Shown here in pieces: positions 32,744 to 41,138 of a stretch of DNA of 64,000 nucleotides. The stretch is from contig JBBRLQ010000021.1 in NCBI GenBank assembly GCA_038231275.1, positions 68,957 through 132,956 on the forward strand, read 5' to 3'. This stretch comes from Polyangiales bacterium. GTDB taxonomy: Bacteria; Myxococcota_A; Polyangia; Polyangiales; Polyangiaceae. The translations under genes and the position numbers were made by a program. The notes below the pieces were generated by a model. The model did not search any database. It was not told the origin of the DNA and saw only the letters and a program-made list of their open reading frames with translations. How positions within the stretch are numbered: the first letter of the stretch is position 1; every line of letters starts with the position of its first letter.

Positions 32744-34093
32744 TCAGGTCCCTCGCGTGACGGTGACCACCGCTGTGGACGACGCGTCGTCGATCGACAC
32801 GACCTTGACGACCAGCCCAGGATGCGTGCACGTCATGCCGGCCGCCCACGCCTTGTCGGCGCTGGGGCTCACGACGATCTTCGTGCGTCCGGCCTCGATG
32901 CGGTGGACGAGGACGCGCGACGCCGGCGCGCCGACGTCCCAGCCCGTGTTGCGCACGAGCTCCACAGTGTAGAAGCTCGCGCTGTCGATCGGGACCTCGA
33001 CGACGCGAATCCCCGCGACCTCCGGGTGGTTCACGGCCGCGAGCGTCACCGTCGTCGTGGTGCCTGGCGCCGGCGTGAGGATCTCGGACGTCGTGAAGGG
33101 GCTGAGCCCCAGGTTGGCTCCGAGGAACACACGCTGTCCGGCGATGAAGCCGTTGGCTCCCGGAAACCCGTCGCGGTCGCGCATGCCCGGCGCGGGGTGC
33201 GCGTAGTTAAGCTGCGCGCTCATCTCGTCCCAGGGATCGCAGTAGTCGCCGGGCGCGCCGCCGCACGCGCTCAGCGCTTCGTCCTGGGCGTGCGAGAGGC
33301 CGTACGCGTGGCCCATCTCGTGGGCCGTGAAGTCGGTGTCGAGGTGATCTTGCGCGATCGTCACCGCGGCACCCGCGGCGCCATCGTCCGCGAAGTCGAC
33401 GTTCTCGACCGCGAGCACGCGGAAGTAGCTCGTCATGTCGAGCGTCGGGTTGGCCTTCTGGGTCGCCGCCACGCATGCGTTGTAGAAGGCCGCGCGGTCG
33501 TGAATCGTCGCCTCGAGGACGGGATCGCTCCGGCTGCCCAGCGACGTCCATCCGACCACGCGTGAGCCGCTCAGATCGAGCCGGCCGTACGTCATCTCCG
33601 CGTAGTAGTCGAAGAGGTTGTCCTTCCCCGAGCCGTCGACGAGAAACAGGCGACGGGCGGCACCTTCCGCTCCCGCCGTGTCCGGCGTCTCGTCGAAGCG
33701 GCACATGAGCACGAGCTCGGGTGCCTTCATGGCATCGGGCTGCATGCATCTGGCGCCGACGTTGACGAGGCCGGGGTTGCACTGGCTGCCGCCGCACGCG
33801 AGGAGGCCGGGGGCGCCGCACGGGACGCAGACGCTGCGCGCGATGTTGTACGTGAGCCCGACGAGGCAAACGCTGGTGCAGCCGACCTCCTCCTCGCCGC
33901 ACGCGTGGCTCCCCGAGCCGCCGCAGGTGTCGGGATCGGAGTCGACGGTGCAGATGGGCTTCTTCTTCGCAGCCGACAAGCCGCGCGACGACGACGGATC
34001 GTCGCCGTGATCGCCACCGCCCGTCGTGCCTCCGCATGCGGCCATCGCGCAAATGAACAGGGAACCGAGCCTTCGCGTCGTGAGCATGAGCAT
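32744..34093 (-). CDS. Metzincin zinc metalloprotease lipoprotein (M6/M11-like) with a Cys-rich N-terminus
   Basis: HEMGHAYGLSH followed by Y.DPWDEMS Met-turn; lipobox MAAC. Confidence 0.88.
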   Translation of the reverse strand: MLMLTTRRLGSLFICAMAACGGTTGGGDHGDDPSSSRGLSAAKKKPICTVDSDPDTCGGSGSHACGEEEVGCTSVCLVGLTYNIARSVCVPCGAPGLLACGGSQCNPGLVNVGARCMQPDAMKAPELVLMCRFDETPDTAGAEGAARRLFLVDGSGKDNLFDYYAEMTYGRLDLSGSRVVGWTSLGSRSDPVLEATIHDRAAFYNACVAATQKANPTLDMTSYFRVLAVENVDFADDGAAGAAVTIAQDHLDTDFTAHEMGHAYGLSHAQDEALSACGGAPGDYCDPWDEMSAQLNYAHPAPGMRDRDGFPGANGFIAGQRVFLGANLGLSPFTTSEILTPAPGTTTTVTLAAVNHPEVAGIRVVEVPIDSASFYTVELVRNTGWDVGAPASRVLVHRIEAGRTKIVVSPSADKAWAAGMTCTHPGLVVKVVSIDDASSTAVVTVTRGT

Positions 34094-34184
34094 CCTCCGT
34101 ATGCGCGGTGCCTCCGCGGGGTCGACTGGACCGGGCCTCCGGCCTCGCGATCCTCCGCGGCACTCCCTACGCGTTCGAGGGGTG

Positions 34185-34211
34185 TTCGTCGCGAGCTCCC
34201 GGAAGCTGACA
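34185..34211 (-). promoter_or_regulatory. ECF-like promoter TGTCAG-N17-CGAA (metalloprotease)
   Basis: One of four matching intergenic or gene-end motifs around the ECF gene. Confidence 0.7.
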
Positions 34212-34264
34212 CGCCACCTTCACGCGCGGCGCCCGTGAGGTGCGCGGCGTGATACGACACGCCC

Positions 34265-34912
34265 GTGTCCACCGACGACACCGCGCCTGCTCTGCTCGAG
34301 CGCGCGCTCGCGGGAGACCGGAGCGCGATGCACGCGCTCTTCGTACGCGTCGCGCCCGTCATTCAAGCGCGCATCGCGCGCGCGCTCCTTCGTCGAAGCC
34401 GCGCGTCGGGGCGCGATCCGCGGCAGGAGCTCCGCGACATGACGCAGGAGGTCTTCGTCGCGCTCCTCGCGGACGACGGCAAGACGCTACGGGCGTGGAA
34501 GGCGGAGCGCGGCATGTCGCTCGAGAACTTCGTCGGCCTCGTCGCCGAACGGCAGGTCGCGTCGATCATGCGCACCGGCAAGCGGAGCCCTTGGAAAGAG
34601 GATCCCGTCGTCGAGGAGGACCTCGCGCTCCACGCCGGCGCGAGCGACGGGGAGGGGATGGCGGCGTTGTCGCGCGACACGCTCCAGGCGCTCGTCGACC
34701 GGCTGCGGGAGGAGCTCACGCCGAAGATGCTGCGGCTGTTTTATGCGCTGTGGGTGGAGGAGCAGCCGGTCGCCCAAATATGTGAAACGATGGAGATGCA
34801 GCCCGACGCGGTCTACGCGGCCCGTTCGCGCATCGCCAAACGGGCCCGCGCCATCGCGGTCGAGCTCGAACGAGAAATGTCAGATTCCGGGCGGCGCCCG
34901 ACGAACTCCTAA
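34265..34912 (+). CDS. ECF RNA polymerase sigma factor
   Basis: DMTQEVFVAL region 2; region 4 VAQIC...DAVYAARSRI; no region 3. Confidence 0.88.
   Translation: MSTDDTAPALLERALAGDRSAMHALFVRVAPVIQARIARALLRRSRASGRDPRQELRDMTQEVFVALLADDGKTLRAWKAERGMSLENFVGLVAERQVASIMRTGKRSPWKEDPVVEEDLALHAGASDGEGMAALSRDTLQALVDRLREELTPKMLRLFYALWVEEQPVAQICETMEMQPDAVYAARSRIAKRARAIAVELEREMSDSGRRPTNS
34878..34905 (+). promoter_or_regulatory. ECF-like promoter TGTCAG-N18-CGAA inside the sigma gene 3' end, facing the anti-sigma gene
   Basis: TGTCAGATTCCGGG...CGACGAA closely matches the 34185-34211 copy. Confidence 0.65.
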
Positions 34913-34921
34913 GGTGACTGG

Positions 34922-35641
34922 ATGGCGGAGGATCCCCTCATGAAAGAGCTCGGCCGCATCGCGCGGGAGGAGGACTCCGCGCGGGACGACGCGGAGGCGC
35001 GCGAGCTCTTGCGCCCGTTCAGCCCGGAGGAGCTCCGGGGAATGGCGGAGAGCGCGACCAAGGCTGTGCTCGGAGAAGGGCCCGAGGCCGCCGTCGTTCG
35101 CCCGGCGGAGGCGCGCGCGCGTGCACGGTGGGCTGGCGCGGGCCGGCCGCTGACGATCGGCGCGTTCGTCGTCGCGGCCGCGGCGGCCCTCTTCTTCTGG
35201 ATGCGGACCGCTCCCCCCGCGATGCCGGACGGCGCGCTTGCGAGCTACGAGCTCGTGGTGGAAGGGGGCGAGCGTCCTACGCGCGCGGGCGATCCGGCGA
35301 GCGTGACCGAGCCAGTGCGCGTGGCGCGCGACGGGCGGCTCGTCATCGTCGCGCGGCCCGCCAAGCTGGCGACGGGGGTGGGCGCGGTCGTCTGGATCGC
35401 GCGCGGCGAGTCCCTGGCGGCGTGGAACGTCGCTCCGCAAGTGTCGGCCGAGGGGGCCGTGCGCGTCGAGGCGGGCCCGAGCGCCATCGCGCAGCTGCCG
35501 GAGGGCTCGAGTCGGCTCGTGGTCTTCGTCGGGGCGCCGAGCGCGCTGCCGTCGAGCGAAGGGGCCGCGCGCGACGTGCGGCGTGCGCCGCCCGCGGGCG
35601 TGCGCGTGCTCGAGCGCGCCCTCGACGTCGCGCCGCGCTGA
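34922..35641 (+). CDS. Putative anti-sigma factor (single TM, extracytoplasmic beta domain)
   Basis: Directly downstream of the ECF gene; short cytoplasmic N-terminus; TM segment IGAFVVAAAAALFFW. Confidence 0.7.
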   Translation: MAEDPLMKELGRIAREEDSARDDAEARELLRPFSPEELRGMAESATKAVLGEGPEAAVVRPAEARARARWAGAGRPLTIGAFVVAAAAALFFWMRTAPPAMPDGALASYELVVEGGERPTRAGDPASVTEPVRVARDGRLVIVARPAKLATGVGAVVWIARGESLAAWNVAPQVSAEGAVRVEAGPSAIAQLPEGSSRLVVFVGAPSALPSSEGAARDVRRAPPAGVRVLERALDVAPR

Positions 35642-35653
35642 CCCGCCGATCCG

Positions 35654-38401
35654 TCAACGGACCAGGACGCGAAACGCGCCGTAGTCGGCGACGCCTTGCT
35701 TCCACGCGTCGATCTGCGCCTCGCGGAGCGCTTCGGCGACGTCTCCATCCGGCCGCAGATGCCGGTACAGAGCCGCCGCGAGGATCGCCGACGCCGCGTC
35801 GTCCACTGTGCGCGTCGCCGCCACCACCGCGCCCGCGCCGGCCACGAGGAAGGCCTGCGCGAGCCCCAGGCCTTCGGCTTGCGCCTCGCCCGACGTCCGC
35901 GCGGTCTCGCACCCGAGGAGCACCACGCCCGCCGGCGCGTGGGGAAGCGCGAGGATGTCGGCCACCGTGAGCTCGGAGTGATCGGCGAGAGGAAGCGCGC
36001 TCTGCCACCCATCGCGACCGGCGAACTTTCCGTGACCGGCGTAGTGGAAGAGGCGCGCGCCCGCCAGCGCGGACCTCACGGCCGCGCCGGTCGCCGACGC
36101 TCCCGTGAGCACGGAGACACGCGTCTCGCCCGCGTCGCGGAGCTGCGCGGTGACCGCGTCGACCTCGCGCCGCGCGAACGGCAGATCCGACGTGGGATCG
36201 CCCACGACGAGGACGCCCACCGAGACAGGATCGGCGGCCGGTGCCGCGCCGCGATCGGTGGGGTAGACGACGGCCATCTTGGCGACGAGCGGCGCCCCGT
36301 CCCACGGGAGCGCGTGCACGTCGATCGCGCGCGCGGCCCCGAGCGCCACGACGGCGAGGCGCGGGGCCGCGGCGAGCTCGACGCGAAACGGCGAGAGGAT
36401 CGCGCGGGTAAGGACCTCCGGCGACGCCGACGGATCGACCGCGCCGAGCTGCACGGCCCGTGTCTTGCGGCCCGCGGTGAGTAGCCCGAGGAGGCCGTGC
36501 TCGGTCGGGACGAGCGCGAGGGTGACGTCGCGCGTCGCGGAGGTGCGCCGGATCTTGTTCGGTTCGACGAGGACGCGCGCCAACGCCCCGTCGAGCGCCG
36601 CACGGGCCGCCTCTGCGCGGGCCGCACGCTTCGCGCCGCTCGCCGCGAGCGACTCCTTCGAGAGCTTCCAGTCGTCCGTCCCCTCCCGCTCGAGCGCCTC
36701 GCGCTCACGGCGGTAGGCGCCGACGGCGTCGAGCCACTCGTCGGCGGCGGACGGGGGAAGGGCCGCGAGGCGGTGCCGGCTCTCGAGCGCGTCGAGCACG
36801 CGCGATCGAATCCGAACGACCTCCCGCGCGGCGTCCTCCGGTCGCCTCATCGCGACGAGGAGCTCCACGCGGCGCGTATCCGCCCGCTCTTGCTCGCTGG
36901 CGAAGCTCTCGCGCCCCTCGCCGAGCGGAATGCTCACGAGCATGCGCTCGGTGAGCGCGGCCGCTTGCTCGAGCGCCGCGAGCGCGTCGGCGTCTCGGTG
37001 AAGCGTGGAGAGGGCGAGCGCGCGGCCGTCGAGGGCGAGCCGCAAGAACCCGTCGTCGCCAATGCCCCGCGCCATCGCCGCCATCTCGTCCCACGACGCG
37101 AGCGCGTCGCGTGCTCGCCCGCGCGCGAGCTCCACCTCGGCCCTGGTCCGCAGGCGATCGATCGTCACCTCCACCCTCGTGTGCGGCGCCGCGGCGACGG
37201 ACGCCCGCAGGTGCTTCTCCGCCTCGTCGACGCGACCCGCGCGAAGCTCGGCGCGAGCCATGTACGCCTCCAGGTTCGCGATACGGGCGGGATCGTACGA
37301 CGCTGGACAGCTCGTTCGGTACGTGACGAGCGCCTTCTCCAGCCACCCGCGCGCGTCCGCGGCGGCGAGGCCCTGCGCGTGCGTGCCGACGGCGCCGCGC
37401 AGACCGAGGAGGTCCGCCAGATCGCAGGGATCCATGTCCGCTTCGAACGCGCGCCGCTGGCCGTCGAGAATGGCGAGCGCGTCGTCGACGCGGCCGAGAT
37501 CGTCGAGCATGGAGGCCTCGAGCTGCTGCGTCATCCGCTCGAGGCGCACGAGGCCGAGCCGCGCGGTCTCCTCTTCGGCGAGGCGGCACTCGGCGAGCGC
37601 CTCGCGCGACTGGGCGGACATCCCCAGGATGGCGGCCGTGTAGTACCGGACGCGCGCCACACCGTCGGGGTAGTGAGCGGACAGCGCCGCTGCGCGCGCG
37701 AGGACGCGCCGGGCTTCGACCAGTCGCACTCGCGCGAGGAGCGAGAAGACGAGCGCGAACGCGTCGTCCGCGGCCTCGGAGGCGCGCCCCGCCGCGTCGC
37801 CGAGCCGAATCGACTCGTCGAACAATCGATCGACGTCGTCGTCGCGCCCGTCCGCCAGCGCGATCCGCGCGAGCGCTCCGAGGACCAGCCCGCCCTCACC
37901 GGCAGCGCGCGCCCGGGGCAGGTCCGCCTCGAGCCGGGCGCGCGCCTCGGCGAGCTTGCCCGCCGCGCGCAGCTCCGCCGCCTCGCGCACCGAAGCAAGC
38001 TTCGCGGGCGCGGGCGCGAGGGCGAGCGAGAACGCGCGACCGATCGCGGTGACCTCCAGCTTCCGGCCGCCTGCCGGCGCCAAGGTGATCAGCGCGCCTC
38101 CCCGAACGTCGATGCGCGACCGCACCTCCGCGGGCGCGCCGTCGATGGTGAGCGCGGGCGTGTCGGGCGGTGCGGGTACCCAGACGCGAAGCGCTCCGCC
38201 GGGCGCCATTTCGCAGACGCCCTCCTTGGTGACGGCCGCACATCCGGAGAAGCGCGCGCCCTCAATCGGGGGAAGCGGCGGCGCGGCGTCGGCGACCGCG
38301 CGCGGCTTCTCGCGGGCGCAACCAAGCGCAAGCGCGACCGCGAGGGCGCCCACGACGAGCAGCGCCCGACGCGTACGCTCCCGACCCGCTCCGGCGCGCA
38401 T
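35654..38401 (-). CDS. TPR-CHAT (caspase-like, clan CD) protease with a lipoprotein signal
   Basis: FHYAGHG and LLGCET catalytic dyad motifs; GLAQAFLVAGA; TPR-like helices; N-terminal LALGC. Confidence 0.9.
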   Translation of the reverse strand: MRAGAGRERTRRALLVVGALAVALALGCAREKPRAVADAAPPLPPIEGARFSGCAAVTKEGVCEMAPGGALRVWVPAPPDTPALTIDGAPAEVRSRIDVRGGALITLAPAGGRKLEVTAIGRAFSLALAPAPAKLASVREAAELRAAGKLAEARARLEADLPRARAAGEGGLVLGALARIALADGRDDDVDRLFDESIRLGDAAGRASEAADDAFALVFSLLARVRLVEARRVLARAAALSAHYPDGVARVRYYTAAILGMSAQSREALAECRLAEEETARLGLVRLERMTQQLEASMLDDLGRVDDALAILDGQRRAFEADMDPCDLADLLGLRGAVGTHAQGLAAADARGWLEKALVTYRTSCPASYDPARIANLEAYMARAELRAGRVDEAEKHLRASVAAAPHTRVEVTIDRLRTRAEVELARGRARDALASWDEMAAMARGIGDDGFLRLALDGRALALSTLHRDADALAALEQAAALTERMLVSIPLGEGRESFASEQERADTRRVELLVAMRRPEDAAREVVRIRSRVLDALESRHRLAALPPSAADEWLDAVGAYRREREALEREGTDDWKLSKESLAASGAKRAARAEAARAALDGALARVLVEPNKIRRTSATRDVTLALVPTEHGLLGLLTAGRKTRAVQLGAVDPSASPEVLTRAILSPFRVELAAAPRLAVVALGAARAIDVHALPWDGAPLVAKMAVVYPTDRGAAPAADPVSVGVLVVGDPTSDLPFARREVDAVTAQLRDAGETRVSVLTGASATGAAVRSALAGARLFHYAGHGKFAGRDGWQSALPLADHSELTVADILALPHAPAGVVLLGCETARTSGEAQAEGLGLAQAFLVAGAGAVVAATRTVDDAASAILAAALYRHLRPDGDVAEALREAQIDAWKQGVADYGAFRVLVR

Positions 38402-38468
38402 CGCCTGCGGTCATGCCACGCGCATCGCAGGGCCGCAACGCGACGCGCCCCGCCTCTCCGTCAATCCA

Positions 38469-39092
38469 TCAAAGGCGGCAGGTGTCGCAGCCGCGCCCGC
38501 CGGTCGTGCCCGTCGGCAAGATCACGATGCACTGGTACAAATTGACGATGTACGCGATCTTCGTGTACTGGAGCGTCCCGCAAAACACCGAGCTGTCGAT
38601 GCGCGAGCCGGGCGGGGCGAAGGCCGAGCCGTCGGCGTTTCGCGCGTTCTCGTAGGCGTAGGTGCACACGAGATCGCTGGACACGAACGGGTTCGGTGCA
38701 TCGTAGTAGGCGTGCCGCTGATCCGCGCCGCCGTACGGCGCCACGGGGTAGCGGGTCGCGTACACCCCTGCGCCCGGCTCGCCCGGCGTCCAGAGTCCGC
38801 CGCCGGCGAGCGAAATGTCGGGACACGCCGCGAGGTACGACGGCACGCCAATCTGGTAACCGAGCTCGGTGTTGCAGATGGTGTTCGGCAACGTCGCGCA
38901 CACGAGCGGGGGCGGAGGCGGCGGTGAGCAGCTCGGATCGAAGACCGTGCACCTCCTCTTCAGCTGCACGCCCTCCCCCGGCAACGTGCTCGACGGCGGA
39001 TCCTGAGGAGTGCCCGAGCAGCCCGTCGCGAGGGCGGTGGCGAACGAGATCACGGCGAGGGACGTCGCGAGGGATGCGCGGAGGGTCGTCAT
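38469..39092 (-). CDS. Small Cys-rich lipoprotein
   Basis: Lipobox ATGC; GGAGG on the plus strand is not an RBS, so the start is assigned from the signal peptide; C-terminal GCDTC. Confidence 0.75.
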   Translation of the reverse strand: MTTLRASLATSLAVISFATALATGCSGTPQDPPSSTLPGEGVQLKRRCTVFDPSCSPPPPPPLVCATLPNTICNTELGYQIGVPSYLAACPDISLAGGGLWTPGEPGAGVYATRYPVAPYGGADQRHAYYDAPNPFVSSDLVCTYAYENARNADGSAFAPPGSRIDSSVFCGTLQYTKIAYIVNLYQCIVILPTGTTGGRGCDTCRL

Positions 39093-39158
39093 GGGAGGTT
39101 CCTGGGCAGGGGGAGCAAAGGGGAGGGGGCGGCGGGGCTTCGTGGTGGCGAAGAGGAC

Positions 39159-39185
39159 TACGCGACGACGGCCGGCGTTCTGACA
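39159..39185 (-). promoter_or_regulatory. ECF-like promoter TGTCAG-N17-CGTA (Cys-rich lipoprotein and possibly CHAT)
   Basis: Motif shared with 34185, 34878 and 43632. Confidence 0.7.
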
Positions 39186-39251
39186 CCGAATTCGTAGGGC
39201 GTCAATTTAGGTAGCTCGAGCGCGTTCAAGTCGTCGTCATCCCGCGGAAAA

Positions 39252-41138
39252 TCACCCCCGACGAAGCTGATCGAGAACGAACCGGATGCGAGCAGCGTCC
39301 TCGGGCCGGGTCGCTCGCGCCATCAAGAACTCGAGCACGCGCCCCACCTCTGGCCCCACGGCGGCGTGCTTTCCGACGAAGGACACGAGCGAGCCATCCA
39401 GCGCCGGGCTGGTTCCCCCCGAGATCACGGCTGCCGAAATGCGCGACAGCTCCTCCGCCGTCACCGGCTGCGCGTCCAGCGAGCGCAGCGCCGCCTCCTC
39501 GACCTCGGGCGCCGCATCGCGGATCAGATCCGTGAGCGCGCGCCGAACCTCCGGCTCCTTGAACCGCCGCAGCGCCCCCGCCGCGCTCGCCCGCGTGCGC
39601 GTTTCCTTGCTGTGCGCGTACGCCAGAATCCGCTGCCCATCGCCGGGCGCCGCCGCCGCCCCGAGCGCGGTCAAGAGCGCGCCTGTCTCCTTGGGCGTCC
39701 TGGCGGTGGCGAGGTCGGCGCGCAAGCGGCCAGCCATCGCGTCCGCGCGCGCGTCTTCACCTTCGCGCCGTGCCGCGAACGACACCGCCCCTGCCGTGTA
39801 CGCGGACGCGAAGCGCGCCTCGTCGCCGCGTGTCCGCGCCGACGCGTATGCCCGATCGACGAAGGCCAGGGTCTCCGGCGTCGGCGCCGGCACGAACGAG
39901 AGGCGCTGCAAAAGCGTGGGATACGCCGGACTCGTCCGCCCCGCCTCCGAGGCCAGCGCCTCGCACATGGCCGACTGCGCCTCCTTCGTCGACGCCGACG
40001 CGAGCAGATCCATCACGAGCCGGCGCTGCGCGTCGTTCGTCTTCGCCGCGGTGAAGAGCGGCACGAGCTTCTTCGCCAGCGCCGAATCCTGCAGGAGGAG
40101 CCCGGACGCGCGCGTGACGAAGCCCTCCTCGAGGGTCTTGCCGTCGTACGACCCCAACGTCCGCTCCGCGTCCTCGAACGAGAGATCACCGACGCGCTGC
40201 GCCAGCAGCTCGCGCTCAGGGACCTCACCGCGCCGTAGCGCGCCGGCCGCGCGCGCCTCGAGCGACGGATCGAGCGTCAGCGTCGTGGGTGCCTCGAAGG
40301 TGCTCACCTCGACGAGATCGAGGCGGAAGGTGGAGACCACACGAAGCGCGGGCTCGGCGCCCTTCTTCGCGGCGACGACGAGCGTCTCGCGATCGTCGAT
40401 GCGCGAGAGGTGCCCCTTCGGATCGAGCGCGATCGCCGCGTGTGCGTCGACGTCGCGCGCGCAACCCTCGCAGCCGATGAGCGCGTACAGCGCGTCGTAG
40501 CTGGTTCGCCGCCGCGTCATGGCAAGCGGGCCGTCCATCGAGTACGCGACGCGCGCCACTCCGGCCGGCGTCGTCTCCGTGCCGCTCCATTCGCGCGGGC
40601 CGTCCGCCGGCACCACGACGGTCATCGCGGCCACGAGCGTCTGCGTCACGCTCTTCCAGAGCTCGGGCGCCGTCGCCTTGTACAAGATGCGCTCGGGCTT
40701 GCCCGTCGGCGCGAGCTCGACGAACGCCTCCTGGTCCGCGAAGATCGCGCGCGCGGCGGCGTCGTCCCCCAGGAGATCGCCGCCGAGGATCTTCCACGCG
40801 TGCTCGTCGACTCGCGGCAGCGTCAGGGCAAGCACGGCGCGGTCGCCGTTCGTCCCGAGCGCCCGGAGCTCCAGCGCGCCCGCGAGTGCGATCGCCGAGG
40901 CGAGCTCCCCGTTCTCGCCGAGCCCCGGCGTCCTGGCCGACGTCGTGGACGCGAGGTCGAACGTGTAGCGGTAGCGGGTGCCGGTAGCCCACGCCAGGTG
41001 AGCGCGCGGGGCTTCGGTCTCGGTGGACCCGCTCGACGCGGCGTCCAGTGCGGTCGGGCCGCGCCGCGAAACGGCGACGGCCCCGAGGAGGAGGAGTGCT
41101 CCGAGCGCGGCGGCGCCGGCGAGGGTCCTGCGCTTCAC
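39252..41138 (-). CDS. Exported protein with a beta domain plus HEAT-like helical domain, resembling the vitellogenin/MTP N-terminal lipid-transport module
   Basis: N-terminal TM/signal; GTRYRY, ETTPAGVARVAY; helical repeats; GTG start overlaps the upstream stop. Confidence 0.7.
   Translation of the reverse strand: MKRRTLAGAAALGALLLLGAVAVSRRGPTALDAASSGSTETEAPRAHLAWATGTRYRYTFDLASTTSARTPGLGENGELASAIALAGALELRALGTNGDRAVLALTLPRVDEHAWKILGGDLLGDDAAARAIFADQEAFVELAPTGKPERILYKATAPELWKSVTQTLVAAMTVVVPADGPREWSGTETTPAGVARVAYSMDGPLAMTRRRTSYDALYALIGCEGCARDVDAHAAIALDPKGHLSRIDDRETLVVAAKKGAEPALRVVSTFRLDLVEVSTFEAPTTLTLDPSLEARAAGALRRGEVPERELLAQRVGDLSFEDAERTLGSYDGKTLEEGFVTRASGLLLQDSALAKKLVPLFTAAKTNDAQRRLVMDLLASASTKEAQSAMCEALASEAGRTSPAYPTLLQRLSFVPAPTPETLAFVDRAYASARTRGDEARFASAYTAGAVSFAARREGEDARADAMAGRLRADLATARTPKETGALLTALGAAAAPGDGQRILAYAHSKETRTRASAAGALRRFKEPEVRRALTDLIRDAAPEVEEAALRSLDAQPVTAEELSRISAAVISGGTSPALDGSLVSFVGKHAAVGPEVGRVLEFLMARATRPEDAARIRFVLDQLRRG

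Noticed and set aside
35654..38401. Type III-E CRISPR (Craspase) locus
   Set aside because: No Cas7-11, csx30/csx31 or array is present, and this CHAT has an export signal; only the regulatory logic is analogous.
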